Positions 38,417-52,800 of a stretch of 64,000 nt of DNA are shown here, in pieces. Below the pieces are notes generated by a model that searched no databases, was not told the DNA's origin, and worked only from the letters and a program-made list of their open reading frames with translations. Positions within the stretch are counted from its first letter, which is position 1; the number at the start of each line of letters is the position of its first letter. The DNA lies in the NCBI GenBank assembly GCA_030141605.1, contig JAQGDQ010000058.1, forward strand, positions 653,852-717,851, in the 5' to 3' direction. The position numbers and the translations under genes are program-made. The DNA comes from Tubiluchus corallicola (taxonomy: Eukaryota > Animalia > Priapulida).

Positions 38417-39269
38417 TTATATGAAATTTCTCTCAAGTTTTTGCGGTTTCATCTTCTCTGTTTAAATGTGTGTTTATCATACGTAGAATCTACGACCAGT
38501 GTACCGCATAACGATGGATACTTTTTATCACGTTTTATAAGGAAAGGCGTAGATTTAGACGTGAAATTGCCCACTCGTAATGGCTACCACCCCATATCTC
38601 TTTTGTGTGCTTGGAATCTTCCTGTCTTGCACGACTGCAAGAGACTTACGGGGTGGCTAGGGGCAAATGCTATGTCCGAACGGGGTGCGTGTTTACGCTG
38701 ACAATTACGATGAAAAACGTGCTTAATGAATTGGAACAATTAACTAGAGTTGAAAGTTGAATTAGAGATGGGTTCTTAATTGTAGATTAATGTAAACATT
38801 CGGCCATTTTTGAAATGCTGTTTTTAGTCAGAGGTAGGCACGTTGCTATAAAATTTTCTAAATATTTGCAAACACCTTAATAATAATTGTTCACCCAACA
38901 GCTGTATGTCCACTTTAAAAATACTGTTCGGCTATAATCTCAATTAAGGAACGTTGGGTCTCTATCATTACAGTGATTATTATTTTTATATATTTTAAAA
39001 ATTATCCTTGTAAATCAAAATTACTGTTAGACATAACATAATTATTATGTAAGTTGACTGTAGACTATTTCTAATTTGAATGTACTCCTATTATTATTAT
39101 TATTATATGGTATTGGGTTTTATTATAAATAAATTAAAAATATAATAATCATTTTATACAGTTTTATTGTAACGAAGCCAAGCTTGAAAACATAGTAATT
39201 CTACTAAAAAATATTTTTTGTACAAATAATAGTATACTGTAATAATAATAATGTGCATAAAATTAAATA

Positions 39270-39374
39270 CAGTCAAATCTCCTTATGCCGCCCACTTTGG
39301 GGCTGCAAAAAAGTGGGCGTTAAACGAGGTTGGAATTATAAAGGGAGAGCAGGTGTTATAATGAGATTTACCTG
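39270..39374. mobile_element. 105-bp Tc1/mariner-type MITE
   Basis: TA|cagtcaaatctccttat ... ataatgagatttacctg|TA; imperfect TIRs with a TA TSD. Confidence 0.65.
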
Positions 39375-40005
39375 TATGCCGATAAAATTCGTCTAATTGC
39401 ATGTTATGTAATATATAAGAAAATGAGGAATAAGTAAATAGAACTGAATCGCGTCTATTGTAGATATAGTTTGCAATTAGATTTAGAAATTTTATTTAGA
39501 TATTAAAATTATACTTGTTACGAACAGTAACCATGTAATAATATTCTATGTTATATGATGTCTGGGAGTTATTTACGAAATTGATACCATTGATGAGACA
39601 ACATAAAACAACATTATTAACATAATAAAATTGATGAATGATGATTTAGGAGAATGATGTCATCTACAAGAAGGGAGTTGCACAAGGTAATATGTGACAT
39701 CAGGGCATTGATGATACTATTGTAGGTTATATAGACTATTATAATTATATTATATTATGAATAAAAAGTGTCTTAGATAATTGACAAAGGATACAGATGA
39801 AAGAAAAGGTAAGACGGCTTTAAAGATGACTGTTTAGTTCTTAATTCTAATTAATTTTCTAACGAATTTGGCCACTGACCATTGATTTAAAGGCTGCCTC
39901 ATACATCATATGTGGCTACCAAATTATTAGACGGTCTGTCAAACTAGTCTTCAGTAATACAGAGTGTAGTTTTTTGTAGATTCTAGTACATTTCACAAAC
40001 TGTAC

Positions 40006-42637
40006 ATGGATGAAAGAGATGAAGATGGTTCTGAGTGGTCTCACTGCTTCATCTCCGCTGAATCAATAAATGATATCCCCATCAGTTCTGTAGCTGTGCT
40101 CCCAAGCAGTGAAAGCAATGCAGTAAGAAACAAGCTTCCAGGTGGTAGCTTCAGAAAAGAGTTGCTAAATTCCAACAAGATCGTGTCATCGGGATCTTTG
40201 GGCATTGCTAATTCTGCCTCTATAGTAACCTTCAACAGTTTTCAACCATCAGCCAACTCCGAGATGTTTCAGGAACAGTCGGTGTTTGAGCAACTGGAGC
40301 AGGCATCCACAAGAATGCCGGATTCCTTTACTGGATTGCCAGATCAGCAGATAGAACTTGGTGATGCTAGTAATAGTAGCATGATGCAGACATCCACAAG
40401 AGTCCCAGATTCGTTAACTGGATTGCCTCATGAACAGATGGAGCTCCGGAACTCTAGTAACACAGACATGGAGCAGGCACCCAGACATGTGCCGGATTCA
40501 TTTACTGGGTTGTCAAACCAACAAATGGAGTTTCGAGACGCTAACAGCAATGACATTGCTGACATCAATAGCTTGCAAGCAACACCTATGATTCTCTCTA
40601 TGCAGTCACCAGTCAATGAAGCCACATCACCACCATCTTTTGGCACACCGGTAAGTGTGTCTTGTTTGTGTGACAACTTCTAGCTTCACCTTATTGTGCA
40701 AATTTAGTCAGCATTTTATGACTTGTATTATTACTACAATTCTCTTGCATTATATTTAGTTTATATGCAATATGCAACTAGTCATTCTCATGTGTAGGAA
40801 TTGGTTAAACGTGTAAAACCAGAGAGAGTTTCAAAAACGGAGTCATCGAATGACTTGTTGGAGGTGCCAGATCAATTTATAAACTCAAAAGATGAAGAAG
40901 CACATCAGGTAGCAGCAAATCCTATTTCTGAGTTTGTAAGTTTATTAATTTTCCCTCCCTAAAAGTGTAAATGTATGTGACAAGTTGTAGTGGTAGATAC
41001 TACGTTAATTGTAATCCGTGTTTGCCTACTGATACACAAACTATAATCTCGGCTAGATCGAGACTTAGGCCTATATGACGAACACTAACTTTCTACTTTC
41101 TATGCAATCAAAAGGATAAAGTTGTAAATAAATTTATAGTAAAAATGATGTAATCTATTAAAATGATTTCGTAATTTTAAATCGACTGAGAAATTGCATC
41201 TGCTGAGTCTAATAATTATTTTAATATAACCCTTATTGCATCCACAGTGTATTAAGCGGCTTTTATTTGCATTATGTGGAAAAACTTTTTGTGATTTTAA
41301 GAACTTGGATAACAGAAGAGAGGCTCAAGCTGTACCTGAGCGCTTACCAGAGCTGGTGAATGTAGAAAGCAATAGTCAACTATCTTCTCAACATTCTTTT
41401 CGGAATGGGAGTTCCACACAAGTAAGCTTTTAGTTTTGAGTCTTCATTAGTAAGATCACAGAGTATAGAAATGTAAGTGTACTAGGGCTCACATCAGATC
41501 AGACTCAGAATTAGGGATCCAAATCTGGCCTAATGTCTATTGAAAGATGTCTGAATAATCACACCTTTTCAGTACATCTAACAACTTCCATTTTCCTCGT
41601 CAGTCCTTTTGCTTGCTGAAATAACTGCTGTGTTTATTTAACTTGGCACATTTTTAGATTTCTTCCTGTAGATTCAATGTCTGCTTAGACTGTAACATGG
41701 ATTGGATGATTTCATAGAAACAAAAACAAATATAATCTTAACTAATCCATACAGTTAGAATTACTAAAACCAATGTCCAGGTGTAGTTAGATATATAATG
41801 CATGGGCATAGTCTTGACATTATACCTAAGGTCTGATAAAGAATGTTTTGTTATATAGATGCAACATATACAATCCAATCCACTTATTTTTAGGATGAAC
41901 ATCCTCTAAACGTGGATCTCTTTCACCACTAAAATATGCGATCATTAATATCCTTATAATGATAAGAAAATAATTGCATTATGTAGTTTTGTGCCACATT
42001 TCACTCTGGTTGGATAATGATCATCAAGCTTGTACGATATGTCAGTGTTTACGGAATACATTTGTGCCACTAAAAACAAGCCAACAAATTTTTTATTTCT
42101 CTCAATTGGCCAAGATTTTATTTAGGTTTCGTGCAGTGAGATGATTGATTTCATGGGTAATGTAATTCCTAGTCAAGCAGCATCTACAGAGCCTTCACAC
42201 ATGACAGAAAGTGCACCTGTGGATGCAGGTAAAAACAATTTGAATTGTAGTGTAATTTGCTGTTTGCTTAATAATGTAGTATCTGCTGTGCTAGAACTTG
42301 CAACTAAAATGTCAAAATCTTCTGCAAATTAACTTACCAGTAAATGTCTTCTTACTACATATATACTACATAAGTCCTTGCAAGTTCAAGTTTCTAAGTA
42401 ATTACTTATAAACAGCTAAATTTTTTGCTTTTTAGGTGATGGTGCCAGTGAGCAGAATTCGACGCAACAGGACAATCATCATGACAGTCAGTTCAGTGGT
42501 GGCTTTAACCCTGATGAAATTTGTAAGAATGACTTGTGGTTTTTATGGGCGTGCACTTTGTTTTCTTGGTGCAAGAAGCCTACAAGATTATCATTCAGTA
42601 TCAATGCCTAACATGAAATTTTGTTTGAATTCTGAAC

Positions 42638-42691
<54 letters not shown>

Positions 42692-45600
42692 AGACAAATG
42701 TGCTGTAGGTGACAGGTTTTCTCTACTAGAACTTTTCTATACCTCAGAAATAGTTTTATGCTAAGTGTGGTCATAAATTCATCGTTAATGTCAAACATTT
42801 ACCATTTGGGTCAAAAGGATGGTAATGGCTGCATTGAGACTAAAATGAATCGTCACTAAGCGTCATTGACTAAGGGCTCATTTTATTGTAACATCTTGCA
42901 AGTAATCTTTGGTCCTTTAATGTGGAAATTTTTCTTGTGCATACAGGGTGTGAAGATTGTCAAAGGACGTACATCAGGGAATGCCCGAAACATCGACTGC
43001 AGCAGATTGCTGACAAAGTAGTTTTACCTAGAGCATGGGCTAGCATTCCGACTAACTTACAAGTTCTGAGCATTACAGATAATGGTGATGCTGATAGAGG
43101 TAGATGTACTTGTATAATTTATTGCTGACTTTGTGCTGTGTAATCGTAATAACCAAATTGTTTTCTTACCAAGATAATTCTCTGTGCTATTTCTAGTGTA
43201 CACTTTTTTCAGGTAACCAAAAGTGTTTCTTTATGCTCATTGACAACTCCTTATTTTGAATCGTTTGCACAATTGGCAGTTGATTTGTTAATTATGCAAA
43301 AGTAGATGCCTAGTTTTTCTTGTGATTAGTCTGAAAAATTAAAAAATTTAAATATGGTAATTGCCATCGTACCTACCAGTATAACATTTGGGTTTTTGCA
43401 CTGATGTACTGCACAAAGCTGTATTTTTTAATATTAACAGTCCTGTTTAGTGCATTATTTGTGATTATTATGTGGTAAATTCTTACTAGTGTCCTTTATT
43501 GTAGGAAGAGTTATACAGTTAACATTGTGATTTTGTTTCAGTGTACGGTGTCTTCACAAAGAAACACATCGCTAAAAGGACACAATTTGGTCCATTTCAA
43601 GCAGAACGTGTTGCAGATAAGAATGTTTTATCACAGAGTGTGTTCCTGCTGCAGGTAACCGTGTATGATGGGGTAAGGAATGCTTTGCTTGTGTGCAATG
43701 ATAGCATTTGGGAAAGCTGCCATGCCCTCATTACTTGTTGCACATGTGTGCTGCATGCGCGGATTGTGCTTGCTTTATTTTTTTATGTCATTTGGGGTTT
43801 TCAAGTCATATTCAGTTTCTAGAGTGCTGCACTTATTAAAGACGATTTTGCATGGTTTTACATAAACACAGTTTTTTTTTTGTTCCATGTGTTTGGTTAA
43901 TGCAAGTATCATCTACATTTTGACAGTACGGGCATAATTACCCTTTTGTTGTTCTGAGCATTTCTGGTAGTCAAATATTTCATACGTTTTGGTTACATAT
44001 TTCGTTCATTATAGTGCAGCATCGCCTACATGTTGGGGACCAAGCATGGCTACAGTTTGATGGTGCAACCGTCATTTATATTTTGGTGGTTCATATCATC
44101 TGCATTTTGGTTTGTCAAATATTCAAATTTATCATCTGTTATGTGACGGCTTCAACTGACGAAATATGCAGGTTGTTGGTTGGGACATTAATGCTTGTGA
44201 TCTATCTTTGAGCTCTGTTTTTGAAATTGAGACTTGCTTATATTGATAACTGTAATAACATTCAGCAAATATAAAAAACTTTTGTTAAAACTTTAAAAGG
44301 TAAAACAAATCTGAAGCGCTATTTCAAAAAGCAGTGAAACTTATTCCCTTTTTAACTCTAGTTATATAATTGTGCAGCCATTAATGAATGTCTGGTAGTT
44401 TTCTGATTTGTTGTTACACTTTGACATGTTTGAAATTTATAACAGTTTCATGTTAGATTGTTAAGAATGTAGTGCTATTTAGTTTCTTGTTAAATGTCAT
44501 TAACTGCTTGTGTTAACGCAAGGAATGGAGTTTTTTCTTATCTCTTTGTTAACTTAATAAATTTTACAAGCGTTTTATTTGTCAAATAAAGTTTTGGAAA
44601 TAGTGATAATTTGGTCAAACACAGGCGTCTAAAATCGTGAGTAGTGAGTACCAATTTGCTTTTCATTGACAACTGTTCTGCAAAAAATTATTTGGTGGGG
44701 AGTAAATTAATATAAAGTTTCTAGTCAAGACAAAGATTTTCAAACAATACCTGTCATTGAGTAGTGTTGTGACTGCTTGAGATTTCTTGAGCTCTACATG
44801 GGCAGCAGTAAATTTTTATACATGATACCTGACTAGTTTTTAGCTATTTATTAACGTTGTTTTCCAGTTGGATAGTGATTCTGGAAGGAGTTATTTTCTC
44901 GACTACAGTGACGAGAACACTAGCAATTGGATGAGATTTGTCAGACCTGCAATTACACAGAGAGATCAGAATCTTATTGCTTATCAACATGGAAATGACA
45001 TTTACTACGTCAGCATTCGTGTAAGTTGTTCACTGTAAATTGTTTGCATGTTTGAAATCTATTTGTTTCTCATCTCGTATTTTTAGACAGAAATTACTGT
45101 AGTTAAGCCCAGTTCAGGTATTTTGTTAGTATAGCTTAACACATCTGGTTTTTAATTTTTTCTTGATGTACAACAGATCATTTGTTACAAGAAGGTTAGA
45201 AAAACCACGAGTAGTTTTAAATGATATTTCAATCATCACGTATTTTGCATCACTGTATCTAGTTATCACCATCGAAAAGACGTAGACAGCCTTATTAACT
45301 CACCTATTGTACTTGACTATTATACTGTTTTTATGTTACAGGCCATTGAGCCTAAGGAAGAGTTGAAGGTGTGGTATGCAGCACACTATGCAAATCGTCT
45401 GGGGCTGCCCCTCCTCGAGCCTGGTTCTCCCGATCTACAGAAGATCAAGAAAGAAGAAGAAAGGCAAAAACGTGAACAAGAAAGACAGGAAAAAGTAGAT
45501 CGCCTGAAAAGCAAACGCTCTCCAAGAAAAAGTAACAGCGATCAATATTTTTACAAATTTATTTTGTTATAGTTAGTTTACTAGTCATTTTTATACGTAT

Positions 45601-48600
45601 CTCTGCACAAACAGTTAGGGAAAAATAAACAATAAAGGCAAAATTTGTTACACTTACCTATGACATCAACTTTAGTAGTATGACTTTTACATCTGTGGAG
45701 TCCTGTCTCATAGTAGGTATACTTTGAAAATATAAGTTTGTTTGTTCACAGTTTAATATGTTTTGATATGTAACTTTATTTTAGAATTGAGCATCCACTT
45801 TTGTAGCTACTGTTTATAGAATGAGCGGGTAGCATTATCTATGATGCATTTTTTTATATTCTGGAACTGGAGGTAGAATTAGAGTAAAAGTTGGATGCAT
45901 TTTTTATAATTGTGTAGCTGCCCTGTGCCCAGAAGGCAAAGAATTAAAATGTTAGTTTAAGATACAGCAAAGAAAAAACTTTTTTAAAGATTTGGCTCGA
46001 GTACTGTTGTACCAATTTTTGCATTTTCTAGTGCGTTTAAATATAAATGCAAGTGTTTTTGAAAATACGACTTGAAATTGTACATTTGTGATTCAGGTCT
46101 AGATATGGTTGAAGAATGGCCTTGCTTCGAATGTACAGCTCGGTTTTCCTCGTCACAAGAACTACAGGACCATTTAAATGTGCATGATGATGTAGAGCAA
46201 GTGGAAGATGAGGACGATCAACCTTATATTTCGTCAATCAAACGGCGACGAGGAAGACCGCCCAAGAAATTTCATTATGTTGAACAGGGTCAAGAAGATT
46301 CTGAAGAAGTATGATGTTTTCTGTCATGAGAGGGTTATCATTTGGTGCAAATCGACTTTATCATTATCGAATGTTGGTACATAGAAAACATGGATGTTGC
46401 CCAAACCAAACTTGACCAGATTATCAAAAATTGGCTTTATTTGCTTGTGCTAGTTTCTTTTTTATATCAATTTGGTTGTTTAGCTATCTTTGTGGACTGT
46501 AGTTCACTTATCTTTGCCTTTGTTCTTTATTTACTTTTTGTCATCTGACCCCAAATTGTTCAGGTCAGATATGTAGATATAATGTTTATCTATTTGTTGG
46601 CTTTCTTGTTATTTTTTATTTCATTATTTCTTTTGTGTTATTTAATTATTTCAGATTTGTTGATTATTCATTCATTCATTTCTTAATTATTGTTTTTATT
46701 TGTTTCTTCTTTATTTACTCATTTTTATTCATTGACATAGATGCAATCAAAAATATGGACTCGAAAGAATGCAATAATTCTGACTTATACAGCAAATACA
46801 AGTAGTGTTCTAAAATGTTGTTTGCTTGTAGATGAATAAAGAGCCAGGCTTCACTGATCTGTTGGAAGGCATTCCTGTCCCACTCAAGAAACGCAAAGCT
46901 GGTCGAGTCGGTATTAGACATAGCAGTAGAAAGCGCTCTCGTTACGTAAGAAAATAGTACATTACATCTAGTGCATTCATTAGGTACAGAAAATTTTTGC
47001 AATTGTAATATGTGATACGTTCTTTCTCCTGTTGTTTTGCTTTTTGACCTCTATGGTTTTTTCTCTGTCACTCTGTCTTGATCTCAAATGAGGCAGACTT
47101 CAGTTTGATGATAATTCAGAATATGCAACTACTGAGTTCTTCACAACACACTAAGTGACATTTTTTGATATTTCAGACCGTGACGAGACGAAAAACGTTT
47201 AAGTGTGAATTATGTCAAAAGATATTTCCTCGTGCTTACAGCCTGCAACGTCACATGTTAATGCACACAGGAGAAAAGAAGCATCAGTGTAATCTCTGCC
47301 CGATGAAATTCTCCCATCAGTATAACCTAAAAAGGTGCTTTTTTCTTTCTTCATTTAATAGCTCCACGAAAGTAAAATGTCTGCCTCAATTTTTCTGTAA
47401 CATTTTCTGTTGATTTTTTCGTTTACAGTTTGACAGTTAAATAATTAAAGTGAAAAATTGGGTGGAGCAATGGCTTTAAAAATATTGGCATGTTGAGCTA
47501 ATTGCACCTATTTACAGTATCTGTACTGAAACAAAATCAGCATTTGAAAGCATACTGTTATCTATGATATAAATAAACATAAAACGTCAAAAGACTTTTG
47601 TACTTTCAACATTTTATCATTTTTATAGGCATATAAAGGACAAACATGGGGAAGCTGGTGAATTACTTTCCTCTGATCTCAGTCTCGCCGCAGAACCGGC
47701 ATCATTGTACAAACAACAAGACACGGAAGAGGGTGGAAATGAGTGGGTGTGCATGCACTGTGGCCTGACTTTCAACAACTCAAACGTACTCAACTTGCAC
47801 ACGCTGACTCACGCAGCCGAAGATGTTAGTATGCAGGAGTCTGGCGAGGTAAATTTAATTAAACTCATGCAAATGCCTCAAATATAGAGTCAGGCAAGTA
47901 TGAGGATATGCATTTGATGTACAACAACAGAGGAGTGGAGCTTTTATATGCAGCAAAGTTTGTGAAATACTTAGTTGGTTTTATGTCCTGCAGTTGATAA
48001 TTTCTTTTATTTCAAATGGACATCTCAACCACAAAGCAAACCACTCTATTCAAGTGTGTGCTGGTGATTTATTTTCTCGCTATACTTCGACTTACCAGTC
48101 ATAAGTCTAGTACCATCTTTTTTGTTTTCACCTCGGTTTTTCATGCGAGCGTGGCATGCCTTGAGATTTAGTATCTGCTAATATATAATAATTGATTTCT
48201 ATTTCAAGTAGAGTATCTTGATAGAATGTTCCAGTTGCAATAATATTTGCTTGATTATAATGTTGTTTTCTTTTTAGGGAACCAACTTTTTTGAGACTCA
48301 AAATCAAAGTGATGATGCCGGTGAAATTTTTCTGGATAATCTTTTTCAATGTCCAGCGTGTACGCAAATTTTTACATCAAAGAAGGATCTAATTGAACAT
48401 GCTAGTGTTCATGCAAAGGTAAGTCTGTTCTCTGTGTTTTCAATAAATATCATTTGCCCTTTTTTCTTTTGTCAACATTTGTTAATGAAATTATCTGGCT
48501 GTACTTGAAATTCATGAGTGTATAATTAGAGTTAAGGTTTCTTGATTCACAATGGATTAGCTAAGCATTTTCTGGGGTTCTTATTTTATTCATTAACAGC

Positions 48601-49817
48601 GAATTTTTTGTTTAACCTGGCAAATATTACATAATATTAAATATCTTAATATCTTTCAATTTTCCCTCGTATTACCAGTCAATGTTACTTAATTTAAGCC
48701 ATCCCTGACTTGTAAAACTGCATTTATAAAATGCGCTGATCCGAGAGAATGTTTTCAAAGTGTAGGTGGAATTTGTTTCTGCAAGATGTGTTCATTATAA
48801 CAGCAAAGGTCAAAGCAAAACTTGTAATTTTGTTTTATTGTGCACTGGTTATTTTTTGGAACAAACACTTATATAAAATCTTTTAGGAAAAGTGGATACA
48901 CATATAATAAACAGTTCGGAAATGATTTCACAGCAGAAGACATTGTTTGAATGAAGCTGTCAAGTTTAACTTAGTCGGTGTGTTAAGTTGAGGTGCTCAT
49001 CTGTATTGTAAACTTAGATAATCTTAAGACGAGATGAGTCACAGAAATCAAAATGGCATTAATTTACTTGTTGTGTGCCTTTTTTACTTTGAACAGTGAA
49101 GAAACTGTGAATTTACATTACAAATTTACCATTGGCTACTGCAGTTAATATTCATAATACGTATACAGTAACTAAATCCCATCTATGTTTTTAGCAAGGA
49201 AGGATTCGGATACCAAGCTTACAGACCAAGTTCAACACAGCTAAGCCATTCAAGTGCACTATGTGCTATAAGTCATTTAGTACAGCTGAGCGTTTGGAGA
49301 GACATTCAGCAGTACATGGTGATGAAGAAGCCAAACCTTTACAGTGCGAGGTATACTGATCCATAAGACCATAGCTGGTTTTATTGTCTGTGTTCATGTT
49401 GCTTAACTCACTTATATATTAGACAGTTTGGAATAAAATGGCACTTTTGTTTATTTTGCTTGTAGTGCTGAAATGAGTTTGACTCTATCTTAAGATATGA
49501 GATGCTTATTTTTTATTGATGTTTTTGTAGATGTGATTTTTTTTCGCATTTTTGCATCTTATAAATGTGTGTTTTTATTTTCTAATAGATCTGCTACAAA
49601 CGGTTCCTAAATAATTCAGCTCTGGCTTGTCATCAGAAAATACATAATGAAGTCAGAACCTATGACTGCCCGCTGTGCCAGTAAGTTTTTGTTTTTTTAC
49701 TATTTGGGCATTCAGTGACAGAGCCTACTTTGTGCGTGTAGTCTAGACCAAAAGCCTTGTTCAATATCAAGACCAAGGCTAAGCTAATGAATTAGCAGAC
49801 ATCTTTGTGCCAGTCAG

Positions 49818-49889
<72 letters not shown>

Positions 49890-52800
49890 TGTGACGGTAC
49901 ACCATTTGGCCCCCAGGTTTTGCAGCCACTCATATTGCTGTTTTTCCAAATCATGTTCCATTCTTACAGGACTTTTTGATCGCCTAGAATTCCGCTCAGC
50001 CTTAATTGGGTACTTGGTCATGTACTGGGGTAACCAAAGCCAAATGAGTGCTACCCACCTATATGCCGAGACTATATAAATTAATGTCGTATCCATGTAT
50101 TCCAATGCCAGACCACTCTGGTATCACAGAGTCTTTCGTCTTCGCTCTTCGAAGTTGACAGTCAGAATCAGAGCTATGAATTTGCCCACAGTATTCGTGT
50201 AAACATTTGACTATTCATCTTGCCTCTGAGATTTATTAGTATACGTGTACCTACTTTTTCAAAGAAATATGCTTCTTTATCACATTCTCTATTAAGAGAA
50301 GTATTTAATTCATGTAGCTACATATAATTCTTTTAACACGTAAGTGTACACTTAGCTTTTTCTTATGTATTTCTTTGACCCAGACATTAAAACATAAACA
50401 AGAATAGACATGGTGCAGCATAGTATGTCAAAAATCTTCTTAATCTTCCTGGTAAGTCATTTGAAGTCGTAACAGCTTTGTAAGTTGCAAATCTCTAGTT
50501 GAGTACCTGGCCAGAAAACTAATTTCTTATTTCTTTTCCCTTTCTTAATTATCATTATTATCATCGCTTCATATGTGGGGTAAGTAACTGTAACATTATT
50601 TTTCATTTTAGGGAAAAGTTTCTGCAGGTCAACATGTTGAAGGATCATTTGCCAGATCATTTAGAAAATGGTTACTATCATTGTCCTCATTGTCAAAAAC
50701 CTTTTTCGGAGTATGTGATGATCCGCAAACACGTACGAGCTTTCCATTCCACCCGGTCCTATCCCTGCAGGGAATGCGAAAAGGTGTTTCCAAGGCCAGA
50801 TAAAGTATGTTTAGTTTGTTCTTAAAATTGCTTTTTGATAAGCAACACACAGACTGACCCATATAAGTGTCAAGTATTTTGTAACATCAATGTTTTATAA
50901 CTGTGAAAGAGTAACTAGTTCCATTTCAAAAGCTGAGTTTGATTTTTGTGGAATGAGCAAACTGTAAAGGAAAACCTCTCTTGAGTGCCATCTGCAGAAA
51001 TTAAATTTTCTATGCAAAAAGCTGCAGCGTTTATAGTAGGTTTGTGAATTCAGAATTTCATTTTTTTTTTCTTTTTGATATGCTGACATTTTATATTAAT
51101 TATTGATTAAGAATTTTCATTTCTAGCTGAAGTTACACATGTTACGTCATTCTGACCACCGGGAATTCCTGTGTGCGCTGTGCGGAAAACAGTTCAAGCG
51201 GAAAGACAAGTTGAAGGAGCACATCAAACGAATGCACAATCCAGACAGGGAAGCTAAATTGATCACCCGACCACCTCGGAAACCTGGAGCTACTAGAAAG
51301 TTTATACCAAAGGCAATAATTATCAGATTGATTATAATTGACAGTTTGGTTTATGGAACGAGTATAATAATTGGTAATGGGCTGAAGTGATGTCACCAAA
51401 CTTACAAAATTCATGTCCTGCTATACTTTTTACTTGTCTGAAGTTTAATTCTTGGAGCAAGTGATTGCAAATTTACTTGTTGAATACCCCAAAGTTTTCT
51501 TTTAGGAAAAGGGTTTTTTGCAATGGAATTAAAATATAATATCGCCATACTTGATTACTCGTGAGCCTGTTTTTGTTTCCTGTGACAAAAGGGTTTTTGA
51601 AATTTGAAAAGTAGTGGGAGTTGGCAAGTTACTGTTGTCAGAAGTGTTTGTTTGAAAATTATGTGACAAATATTTCTACAAACTTTGTTGAAGAAAAATC
51701 TTATAATGGTACAGGTATTAACTTTTCAAGTTTTATCAAGGTGTTTGATAAAGTGATGTTGTGAGGCAGTGTACAATATGTGTACCCTACAAACAAGTCT
51801 AATACGTTTCTCATATAAAATTTTAGGGCTATCTATGTGTGATAAATTTATTTTGTTCATTAGTGCGTGGCACTCATTAACCAAAGTTGACAAACTTTTA
51901 CGTATTTATACTGATGCCAGGCTCACCTCACGTGTACTTCTTTTCTCATTCTAGGTCTCCCCCACTGACTACCACAGGTTCATTTACAAATGCCACACAT
52001 GCCTTCTCGGTTTCAAACGTCGTGGTATGCTAGTTAACCACCTGGCCAAACGTCATCCAGACATTCCACCGGATTCTATTCCTGAACTTAACCTGCCCAT
52101 ACTGAAAACACAACGTGATTACTACTGTCAGTATTGTGAGAAAGTGTACAAATCAAGTAGCAAACGCAAGTCTCACATACTGAAGAACCATCCCGGTGCG
52201 GAGTTGCCTCCGAGCACGAGGAGGCCGAAACTTGTGCGGAAAGAGGGCGAGGCAGTTGATCCACTAGCTGTAGCAGCCGCTGCCGTAGCCGGTCAAGTGC
52301 CAGGCATGGATCCGAATTTACTTGTGCAAGATGAACAGGGAGGACTGCAAACAGGAGAAACAGCGGTATGATTTACAATCTACGTTAGACAGTTTTGTTT
52401 GGAAATGAAAATATAAACAAGATAAAATCTACGGAAATATGCATGCAAATAAAATTTTTAAACTAGATTATTAAAATTTATGAAATATCATGAACTTTAT
52501 TTTACATGGTATAAGTTCAAAGTTGTAGTGATGTTATTCACCTACAGCATTCTTTATCCTGTTTATATTTCAATAATTAGTAATGTTCTACTGAGCCTCA
52601 TATAGACGGTTGTTTGTCACAGAGCTGAAATATCGTTGCTGTAATAAATAAAATTTTCACTGGTTAAAAACATTTTAACTACGCAAAATTTGGAAAATAG
52701 ATCATGGGAAAACAAGTTGCTGTATCCACGTTTTCCTGAAAAAAATAATCATTGTTAAGATTAGTGTTTTAGACTCATTAACTTTCTTTCATCTCATTGT

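Noticed and set aside
49890-50190. TGTGACGG...CA segment resembling a solo LTR
   Set aside because: No TSD, second LTR or PBS/PPT could be identified.
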